Origin: an uncultured Bacteroides sp.
GTDB lineage: Bacteria > Bacteroidota > Bacteroidia > Bacteroidales > JACABE01
Direction: 5' to 3'
Assembly (NCBI GenBank): GCA_964618755.1
Contig: CAZUCB010000004.1
Coordinates: forward strand, 1 to 41,448
Length of the DNA: 41,448 bases
Made by a program: the position numbers and the translations under genes. The notes beneath the pieces are model-generated. The model was given only the letters and a program-made list of their open reading frames with translations, ran no database searches and was not told the origin of the DNA. Positions 8,587 to 15,296 of the stretch are shown in pieces. Position 1 is the stretch's first letter; every line of letters begins with the position of its first letter.

Positions 8587-9000
8587 TTAAGCTAATTTTA
8601 CCATTATTGTAACTTCTGTTCCAATACCAACTTCGCTTTTAATTTCTAATTTATCAGCATTTTTTTTTATATTTGGTAATCCCATTCCTGCACCAAATCC
8701 CATTTCTCTAACCTGATGGCTAGCAGTAGAGTAACCTTCTTTCATTGCCTGTGAAATATCTGGAATTCCTGGTCCAGTATCTTTTAATCGTAAAATTATT
8801 TTATCAGTATCAATATCAGCAAAAATTGTACCTCCAAAGGAGTGGGCAACAATATTAACTTCAGCTTCATACAAAGCGACAACGATTCGTTTAATTCTAA
8901 CAGAATCAACATTTAATTGCTTCAAAATTTTTTTTATCTGGCTTGAAGCAGTTCCTGCATTTGAGAAATCTCCACTAACGATTTTATATTCGAAATGCAT
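8587..9000 (-). CDS. RsbW/SpoIIAB-like GHKL Ser/Thr kinase-type protein (anti-sigma regulatory factor family)
   Basis: 137 aa with N box EAEVNIVAHS, G1 DTGPGIPD, G2 GFGAGMGLPN, then GTEVTI. It has no DHp domain. Confidence 0.75.
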   Translation of the reverse strand: MHFEYKIVSGDFSNAGTASSQIKKILKQLNVDSVRIKRIVVALYEAEVNIVAHSFGGTIFADIDTDKIILRLKDTGPGIPDISQAMKEGYSTASHQVREMGFGAGMGLPNIKKNADKLEIKSEVGIGTEVTIMVKLA

Positions 9001-9001
9001 T

Positions 9002-9346
9002 TTAATAAATTGGTTTTATACCATTATTGTAAAGAATTCCAGAAGTCTTAAACATTGAGTAATCACATTCTATTAATAAAATTCCATTTTCCTCAGCTAA
9101 ATCTTTCATTTCTGCAGTTACTTTCTTTCCTCTTACATAAATTATATTAATTATATCTGACATTTCTGCAGTTCTAATTGATTGAATATTTGATAAACCT
9201 GTAAGTAAAAGAACATTTTGAGCTTTAACCGTAAGAACATCGCTCATTAAATCCGATGAAAACGCAAACTCTACTTCATTTTCAAGCATTTTTTCGTTTC
9301 CGTAAGTTTTTGCGTTTAGTAGTGTTTTAATATCTTTAATTCTCAT
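9002..9346 (-). CDS. DRTGG-like small domain protein (copy 1)
   Basis: SSDLMSDVL, LLLTGLSN and IIYVRGKK segments parallel the 6887-7222 product. The track start at 9388 is a TTG that overlaps the predicted -7 box, so I prefer the ATG at 9346 (MRIKDIK). Confidence 0.6.
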   Translation of the reverse strand: MRIKDIKTLLNAKTYGNEKMLENEVEFAFSSDLMSDVLTVKAQNVLLLTGLSNIQSIRTAEMSDIINIIYVRGKKVTAEMKDLAEENGILLIECDYSMFKTSGILYNNGIKPIY

Positions 9347-9385
9347 TTTAGAAAGGATTAACCTAAAAAATAATATTTTCGGCTG

Positions 9386-9393
9386 CAAAATTA
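9386..9393 (-). promoter_or_regulatory. Bacteroidota-type -7 promoter box TAATTTTG for hydrogenase operon 1
   Basis: The plus strand reads CAAAATTA, which is minus-strand TAATTTTG and matches the TAnnTTTG consensus. It lies 40 nt upstream of the ATG at 9346. Confidence 0.4.
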
Positions 9394-9421
9394 TAATGAT
9401 TTTACATAAAAAACAAGTTTA

Positions 9422-9455
9422 TTGTGAAAAACATAACAATGTGAAAAAAATAACA
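9422..9455. promoter_or_regulatory. tandem Rex/CRP-like operator repeats
   Basis: TTGTGAA-AAAC-ATAACAA (9422-9439) is followed directly by TGTGAAAAAAATAACA (9440-9455). The two 16-nt cores, TGTGAAAAA[C/A]ATAACA, are 15/16 identical. Confidence 0.4.
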
Positions 9456-9492
9456 CTAATTTATTAATACTCTAAACTAATTTTTGCTGGTT

Positions 9493-9527
9493 AAAAAAAG
9501 TAAGGCTGTTGGAAAAATCCAACAGCC
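9493..9527 (-). terminator. rho-independent terminator of hydrogenase operon 2
   Basis: Perfect 9-bp stem GGCTGTTGG / CCAACAGCC with loop AAAAAT. A 7-nt T-run follows on the minus strand (plus-strand A-run 9493-9499). It lies 34 nt after the hydA2 stop. Confidence 0.7.
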
Positions 9528-9560
9528 CTTTTCATAATAGATAGTTTAAAAAAAGACTTG

Positions 9561-11351
9561 TTAGTACCTTTTTCTTGGTTTATAATGGGTATGTAACAAA
9601 TCATGTGATTTATGTCCTAAAGGTTCACCAAGAAAATCCTTGTAAATCTGAGCAACTTCTGGGTTTTCATGTGATTTTCTTAGAGGTAAGCCTTCATCTT
9701 CAGAATAAATTGCAGTAGCACGTTTTTGACGAATTTCAGGACTTGTTGGAATTGGTTGTCCTCCTCCGCCCAAGCATCCACCAGGGCATCCCATAATTTC
9801 AATGAAATGGTAGTTAGCTTTGCCTGATCTGATTGCTTTCATTAATTCATTTGCATTGTGTAAGCCATGAGCAATAGCAACACTTAGTTCAGCTCCTTCT
9901 AGAAATCCCCATTCTGGCTTAACATCTTTAATCATTATTTTGGCTTCTTTTATGCCTTCAAAACCTCTTACGGGCATAATTTTAAGATTGGTAAATGGAA
10001 CCTCACGTCCAGTAACTATTTCATAAGCAGTACGCAATGCGGCTTCCATAACACCTCCAGTAGCTCCGAAAATTACAGCAGCTCCAGTAGAATTACCCAT
10101 AATGCTGTCGTATTTTTCATCATCTAATTTCATGAAATCAATACCGGCTTGTTTAACCATCATTGCTAATTCACGAGTAGTTAAAACATAATCAACATCT
10201 TGATAACCACTGTCTCGCATTTCTGGTCTTACACATTCGAATTTTTTAGCAGTACAAGGCATAATAGAAACAGAGACCATGTTTTTTGCATCTATACCTT
10301 TTTTCTTTGCATAATATGTTTTCGCCAGTGCACCAAACATTTGTTGTGGTGATTTACAAGTTGATAAATTTTCTAATAAATCTGGAAACATGTGTTCTTG
10401 AAATTTTATCCAACCTGGAGAACAAGAAGTCATCATTGGTAAAGCTACTTTTTCTCCATCAACTAATGCTCTTTTTAAGCGGGTTAAAAGCTCTGTTCCT
10501 TCTTCCATAATTGTTAAATCTGCAGTAAAATCGGTGTCTAATACAGAATCGAAACCAATATGTCTTAACGCAGCTACCATTTTACCTGTAACTCTTTCAC
10601 CTGGTTCATATCCTAAGTCTTCACCCAAACCTATTCTAACAGCTGGTGCAGTTTGTACAACAACATGTTTTGAAGGGTCGTTAATTGCATTCCAAACTTC
10701 ATCTAAATAAGTTCTTTCTGTTAATGATCCAGTTGGGCAACGATTGATACATTGACCACAATTTGTACAAACTACTTCATCCAACGGTTTATTCATAAAA
10801 GTAGAAATCCTTTGATGGTCGCCTTTTTTTACAACTGCTAATGCACTAACTGCTTGTAATTCCTCACAGGTTCTAACACAACGTTGACAACGAATACATT
10901 TGCTGTCATCTTTTGAAATGGAAGGAGAAGAAATGTCAATAATTTTATCTTTCGCTTTTACCAAGTCAATGAAAATATGATCACCAATACGATACTCAGA
11001 AGCAAGTTCTTGTAATTCGCAATTACCATTTTTAAAACATTTGGTGCAATCAGCATTGTGTTCCGATAATAGTAATTCAATGACATGTTTACGTGCTGTT
11101 CTAACTTTTTCACTATTGGTAAAAACTTCCATACCTTCTGAAACTGGAGTGGCACAAGAAGCAGCTAATAATCTTGCACCTTTAACTTCAACTACACATA
11201 CGCGACAGTTTCCTGCTACACTTAAATCAGGGTGATTACAAAGTGTTGGTATATTGAAATTAAGCTTTTTAGCTGCATCAAGAATGGTGGTTCCTTCTTT
11301 AACGGATACCACTATATTATTGATTTTTAGATTTACTAAATATTCGCTCAT
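9561..11351 (-). CDS. hydA: [FeFe]-hydrogenase catalytic subunit, paralog 2, with atypical L1 motif
   Basis: Same domain order as paralog 1. L2 MPCTAKKFE and L3 EIMGCPGGCLGGGGQP are canonical. L1 reads TSCSPGW instead of TSCCPGW. Confidence 0.95.
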   Translation of the reverse strand: MSEYLVNLKINNIVVSVKEGTTILDAAKKLNFNIPTLCNHPDLSVAGNCRVCVVEVKGARLLAASCATPVSEGMEVFTNSEKVRTARKHVIELLLSEHNADCTKCFKNGNCELQELASEYRIGDHIFIDLVKAKDKIIDISSPSISKDDSKCIRCQRCVRTCEELQAVSALAVVKKGDHQRISTFMNKPLDEVVCTNCGQCINRCPTGSLTERTYLDEVWNAINDPSKHVVVQTAPAVRIGLGEDLGYEPGERVTGKMVAALRHIGFDSVLDTDFTADLTIMEEGTELLTRLKRALVDGEKVALPMMTSCSPGWIKFQEHMFPDLLENLSTCKSPQQMFGALAKTYYAKKKGIDAKNMVSVSIMPCTAKKFECVRPEMRDSGYQDVDYVLTTRELAMMVKQAGIDFMKLDDEKYDSIMGNSTGAAVIFGATGGVMEAALRTAYEIVTGREVPFTNLKIMPVRGFEGIKEAKIMIKDVKPEWGFLEGAELSVAIAHGLHNANELMKAIRSGKANYHFIEIMGCPGGCLGGGGQPIPTSPEIRQKRATAIYSEDEGLPLRKSHENPEVAQIYKDFLGEPLGHKSHDLLHTHYKPRKRY

Positions 11352-11383
11352 TTTATTATTTTTTTAATGTTATCAAATAAATA

Positions 11384-12553
11384 TTAATAGATGATTTCTT
11401 CTCTGAAGTTATCAACAATAGAATTAAAGGGATTAGCAACTGATTGTCCCAAACCACATTTTGCTGAAACTTTCATGGTGCTTGCTAATTTTTTCAACTC
11501 ATCAAGATACTGAGGTTTTCTTTCTCCTTTTTTTACAGCTTCCATTCCTCTTAGTAATTGTTGACATCCAATTCGACAAGGTGAACATTGTCCACACGAT
11601 TCTTCATTAAAGAATTCAAGATAATCATGTAAAACATTATACATTGATCGCGAACTATTGAAAATCATCATAGAACCACCTGTTGGGATACCTTCAAATC
11701 CAATAATTGTATCTTTAAATTGTTTTCTAGGTACACAATGTCCAGAAGCACCTCCAACTTGAACAGCCTTGGTATCACCGTCACCAAAATCTTCAACAAA
11801 ATCAGCCAAAGGCATGCCTAATTCTAATTCATAAATACCAGGGGTAGGAGTGTCACCAGAAACAGAAAATACTTTACTACCTCTTGAGTCTTTAGTTCCT
11901 AATTCTTTAAACCTTTCAACACCCATTTTGCAAATCATGGTCACATAAACCAATGTTTCTACATTATTTATAACAGTAGGTTTACTATTGTATCCAGAAA
12001 CGGCTGGATATGGAGGTTTGTTTCTTGGTTCTCCACGTTTTCCTTCCATTGATTCGAACAAAGCACTTTCTTCACCGCAAATATAAGCTCCACTTCCAGA
12101 TTTAATATAAATCGCAAACTCAATGTTTTTTGATTTAAGCTGTTTATTAAATTCGTCAATAATTTTATTTAGTTGAGGAAGTAAATAATTGTATTCACCT
12201 CTAAGGTAAATATAACCTTCTTTTGCTCCAATTGCATAGCCACAAATTGTCATACCGCCTAATACTTTGCAAGCAACAGTTTCAAGAATTTCTCTATCTT
12301 TAAAAGTGCCAGGTTCTCCTTCATCTGCATTACAAATTACATATTTTACAGGATTGTCTTCATTTTTGGTAAATTTCCACTTTAATCCTGTAGGGAATCC
12401 TGCACCACCTCTTCCTTTTAGCCCAGAATCTATTACATCTAAAATAATATCGTCAGGAGATTTCGTAAAAGTTTTGGTAATTACATCCATTACTTCATTT
12501 ACAGTGCATTCCTGAAATATATAATCAACTTTCTTTAAGATTTTATTTTCCAT
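11384..12553 (-). CDS. NuoF-like flavoprotein subunit, short form (core only)
   Basis: GLKGRGGAGFPTGLKWKF and ESCGQCSPCRIG are present. At 389 aa versus 597 aa for the paralog, it has neither the N-terminal 2Fe-2S domain nor the C-terminal CxxCxxCxxxCP ferredoxin motifs. Confidence 0.9.
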   Translation of the reverse strand: MENKILKKVDYIFQECTVNEVMDVITKTFTKSPDDIILDVIDSGLKGRGGAGFPTGLKWKFTKNEDNPVKYVICNADEGEPGTFKDREILETVACKVLGGMTICGYAIGAKEGYIYLRGEYNYLLPQLNKIIDEFNKQLKSKNIEFAIYIKSGSGAYICGEESALFESMEGKRGEPRNKPPYPAVSGYNSKPTVINNVETLVYVTMICKMGVERFKELGTKDSRGSKVFSVSGDTPTPGIYELELGMPLADFVEDFGDGDTKAVQVGGASGHCVPRKQFKDTIIGFEGIPTGGSMMIFNSSRSMYNVLHDYLEFFNEESCGQCSPCRIGCQQLLRGMEAVKKGERKPQYLDELKKLASTMKVSAKCGLGQSVANPFNSIVDNFREEIIY

Positions 12554-12590
12554 TTTTCTTTATTGTTTGAATTTTAAAACTAATTCTTAA

Positions 12591-13061
12591 TTATTTAGAA
12601 GCTTTTGCATAGCTTTCAATAACTTCTAATGCCTTATCTGTAGTAAGTTCTGGGAATACTACATCATTTACCAGCATTACAGGACCTTTATGACACCAGC
12701 CTAAGCAATTTGCTGTAAGTAATGTAAACTTTTTGTCGTGAGTTGTTTCTCCGACTTTAATTTTTAAGGTATTTTCCATTGCTTCAATAATTTCATCTTT
12801 ACCTTTCATGTGGCATGAAATTGTTTTGCAAATTCTAATAATATTCTTGCCTCGAGGTTCTGTATCAAGAAAAGTGTAAAAAGAAGCTGTTCCAAATACT
12901 TCAGCTGCTGATAGGTCTAATTCTCTTGCTACTGTAATCATAGCTTCTTCGGAAAGAAATCTTTCTTCTTTTACAATACCTTGTAAAACAGGCATCAAAC
13001 TGTTTCTTGTTTTGCCATGTTTTTCAACTAAGTTCTTTACTAATGTTTCAATATCGGACAT
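12591..13061 (-). CDS. NuoE-like [2Fe-2S] subunit, paralog 2
   Basis: SFYTFL, CKTISC (Cx4C) and CLGWCHKGP (Cx3C). The second in-frame ATG at 13061 (MSDIETL) has GGAGGA 5 nt upstream. That SD is formed by the codons of the track's earlier start at 13073. Confidence 0.85.
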   Translation of the reverse strand: MSDIETLVKNLVEKHGKTRNSLMPVLQGIVKEERFLSEEAMITVARELDLSAAEVFGTASFYTFLDTEPRGKNIIRICKTISCHMKGKDEIIEAMENTLKIKVGETTHDKKFTLLTANCLGWCHKGPVMLVNDVVFPELTTDKALEVIESYAKASK

Positions 13062-13130
13062 GTTATCCTCCAAATTTTTGTTAATATGATTGATTAATTC
13101 TACTGTTATTTTTATAACAATTTAAAAGTT

Positions 13131-13138
13131 CAAAATTA
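13131..13138 (-). promoter_or_regulatory. -7 promoter box TAATTTTG for hydrogenase operon 2
   Basis: The plus strand reads CAAAATTA, which is minus-strand TAATTTTG. A TTTG (-33-like; plus-strand CAAA 13157-13160) lies 18 nt further upstream. Confidence 0.4.
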
Positions 13139-13149
13139 ATTCTTTTTTG

Positions 13150-13167
13150 TTGTTAACAAAATAACAA
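13150..13167. promoter_or_regulatory. Rex-like operator TTGTTAA-CAAA-ATAACAA
   Basis: It has one mismatch to the clostridial-type Rex consensus TTGTTAAnnnnTTAACAA. It covers the -33 region of the operon 2 promoter. Confidence 0.45.
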
Positions 13168-13315
13168 AGTCGTTTTTTTTTCAAAAAACGGTAATTTAGA
13201 TTATTTCTAAATTACATCTATGATTAAATTTCACTTATTCAATTGTATAGGTTTTTTTAATATTTTTAAGTATAAATTTTTTTATTTAAATTTTGAAAAA
13301 TTATAATTTATGATG

Positions 13316-13323
13316 TAATTTTG
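13316..13323 (+). promoter_or_regulatory. -7 promoter box TAATTTTG
   Basis: Matches TAnnTTTG and lies 28 nt upstream of the ATG at 13352. Confidence 0.4.
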
Positions 13324-13351
13324 CTTTTGAAATATTAGAATAAACAAGAGT

Positions 13352-13831
13352 ATGAAAAAAATCAATTTTTTTTTGGTATTTATTTTATTTTTTACCTGCA
13401 TAGTAGCAAAATCGCAAACAAATGAAAAGAATAATGATAAAGATTTGTGGGTAAATAGTTTCGAAAAGGCAAAACTCGTTTCTTCAAAAAAGAAAGTTTC
13501 GATTTTGTTATTTTTTACTGGAACTGATACTTGTAAAAACTGTATTAAAATGCGGCAGAATATCCTAGATTCCAAGGAATTTATTGAATATAGCCGCAAT
13601 AATTTTGTCATGCTTCATGTAGATTATCCTAATGCCAAAACAAATAAGCTATCACCCATTCAACTAAAAAAAAATAAAGAATTGGTAGCAAAATATAATC
13701 CTCAAGGTAAAATTCCTCAAATAGTTATTCTTGAACCTAAAGGTGGCGTAAAAGCAACTGCAAATTATTTAGATATTCCAGTTTCGGAATATCTACCTCA
13801 GTTCATAGCATTACTGAATATGTTTAAGTAG
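13352..13831 (+). CDS. secreted thioredoxin-fold family protein
   Basis: Signal-peptide-like N-terminus MKKINFFLVFILFFTCIVAKS, then a CxxC motif in a thioredoxin-like context (LLFFTGTDTCKNCIKM). Confidence 0.6.
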   Translation: MKKINFFLVFILFFTCIVAKSQTNEKNNDKDLWVNSFEKAKLVSSKKKVSILLFFTGTDTCKNCIKMRQNILDSKEFIEYSRNNFVMLHVDYPNAKTNKLSPIQLKKNKELVAKYNPQGKIPQIVILEPKGGVKATANYLDIPVSEYLPQFIALLNMFK

Positions 13832-13929
13832 GAAAAATCAAATAACTTTTGTTTTCATTGAATATAAAATATTTTTCAATTGATTTCTGATTTTTTTGTA
13901 GGTTTGTACAAAACTTATAAATAAAAAGC

Positions 13930-14691
13930 GTGAGTAGATATTTTTTACATTTGGCTTATAATGGTAAGAATTTTCATGGTTGGCAAATTCAAAACAATGC
14001 CATAACAGTTCAACAGGTTTTGAATGAAACGTTAAGATTGTTTTTTAAAACTACAATTGAATTAACTGGAGCTGGAAGAACCGACACTGGAGTGCATGCC
14101 AAAGATTTTTATGCTCATTTTGATTTACCAACAAATCTAAATAATGAGGATATTCCGTATATCATACATAAATTAAATGGGTTTTTGAAGCAAGATATTG
14201 CTATTTACGATATAATTCATGTAAAAGATGAGGCTCATGCACGTTTTGATGCCATTTCAAGAACTTACAATTATTACATTAATACAAAAAAAGATATTTT
14301 TAATTTTGATTACTCTTTTTCAATTTACGGGAGTTTGGATGTTGATGCAATGAATGAAGCAGCTCAATTGCTTTTTGATTATACTGATTTTTCATGTTTT
14401 TCGAAATCGAATACACAAACCAAGACCAATAATTGTAAAATTATTAAAGCATTTTGGGAGCAAAACAACGAAAGCTTGGTATTTACAATTACTGCAGATC
14501 GCTTTTTGCGAAACATGGTAAGAGCTATTGTAGGAACACTCTTAGAAATTGGTTTTCATAAAATTAACAATGAAGATTTTATGAGAATTATTGAAAATAA
14601 AAATCGTTCAGATGCTGGTTACTCTGTGCCTGCAAAAGCTTTGTTCCTTTCAAAAATTGTTTATCCTGAATCTTTATTTCTAACAAAATAA
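13930..14691 (+). CDS. truA: tRNA pseudouridine(38-40) synthase TruA
   Basis: RYFLHLAYNGKNFHGWQIQ, GAGRTDTGVHA (catalytic Asp) and FLRNMVRAIVGTL. It has a GTG start. Confidence 0.9.
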   Translation: MSRYFLHLAYNGKNFHGWQIQNNAITVQQVLNETLRLFFKTTIELTGAGRTDTGVHAKDFYAHFDLPTNLNNEDIPYIIHKLNGFLKQDIAIYDIIHVKDEAHARFDAISRTYNYYINTKKDIFNFDYSFSIYGSLDVDAMNEAAQLLFDYTDFSCFSKSNTQTKTNNCKIIKAFWEQNNESLVFTITADRFLRNMVRAIVGTLLEIGFHKINNEDFMRIIENKNRSDAGYSVPAKALFLSKIVYPESLFLTK

Positions 14692-14704
14692 AAACTGAAA
14701 ACAA

Positions 14705-15217
14705 ATGTCTTTAGAATCTTTGCTTTATGATAGCAGTAGAATGGTTATTGAAATAGCAGCAAATTCTATTGAAGAACATCCTGAGCAATTGAATGCGATG
14801 TTTGATCTTTGTTTCAAGCCTTACCCAATTTCGATGCGGGCTGCGCGTGTTGTGCAATTGTATTGCATAAAACATCCTGATGCTACTATGCCTTTTCTTG
14901 GCATTCTTACTGATGAGTTACTAAAGACAAAGGTTGATGGTGTAAAACGTAGTTTCTTAAAGATTATGATTGAAGTGGTGGATGTTAAGAATATTCATAA
15001 TGCAGGTTTAGTGTTGAATAAATGCTTAGATTGGTTACTTTCAGATAAAGAAACGATTGCAGTAAGAGCATATAGTATTGATTTAATAATAAAATTTGCT
15101 AAAGAAGAACCTGATTTAAAAAACGAATTGATATTGGTGTTTGAAAGCATACCATTAGAAGAATATCCAAGTTTGAAAGTTAGATGCAAAAAAGGGTTGA
15201 AGCTTATGAGAAATTAG
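14705..15217 (+). CDS. hypothetical cytoplasmic all-helical protein
   Basis: 170-aa ATG-started ORF, 13 nt after truA. I recognise no motif. Confidence 0.45.
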   Translation: MSLESLLYDSSRMVIEIAANSIEEHPEQLNAMFDLCFKPYPISMRAARVVQLYCIKHPDATMPFLGILTDELLKTKVDGVKRSFLKIMIEVVDVKNIHNAGLVLNKCLDWLLSDKETIAVRAYSIDLIIKFAKEEPDLKNELILVFESIPLEEYPSLKVRCKKGLKLMRN

Positions 15218-15241
15218 AATCAAACAGCTACAATTTTTTTA

Positions 15242-15280
15242 GTATTCTGGTCAAAAAAACATCATTTCTGACCAGAATAC
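15242..15280. terminator. hairpin between convergent genes (possible terminator)
   Basis: Perfect 12-bp stem GTATTCTGGTCA / TGACCAGAATAC with a 15-nt loop. There is no clean U-tract on either side. Confidence 0.3.
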
Positions 15281-15296
15281 CAATTCTAATAAATTT

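Noticed and set aside
5577-9346. Could the PHP/GHKL/DRTGG cassette be an anti-phage or toxin-antitoxin island?
   Set aside because: It is translationally packed into the same operon as the hydrogenase subunits and includes an H-cluster-like FeS protein. It has no nuclease, helicase, methylase or mobile-element signatures. A metabolic sensing role explains it better.
1410-12515. Many 60-115-aa ORFs lie antisense to, or out of frame within, the hydrogenase cluster genes. Examples are 1410-1601, 2338-2679, 3075-3305, 3981-4199, 4829-5291, 5340-5585, 5659-5952, 7075-8066, 10286-10510, 10958-11235, 11968-12159 and 12267-12515.
   Set aside because: Each lies fully inside a long ORF with unmistakable conserved motifs. 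Their translations are low-complexity (Phe/Ser/Leu/Ile-rich) with no motifs, which is typical of shadow ORFs in AT-rich DNA.
13171-13190. The CGTTTTTT-TTTC-AAAAAACG hairpin in the operon 2 / thioredoxin divergent region.
   Set aside because: The stem is almost pure A/T and lies upstream of both flanking genes. This is more likely sequence-composition noise than a terminator.
13282-13611. A 109-aa minus-strand ORF overlaps the start of the thioredoxin-fold gene.
   Set aside because: Its translation is low-complexity. It runs through the promoter box at 13316-13323 and opposes a plus-strand ORF that has a signal peptide and a CxxC motif.
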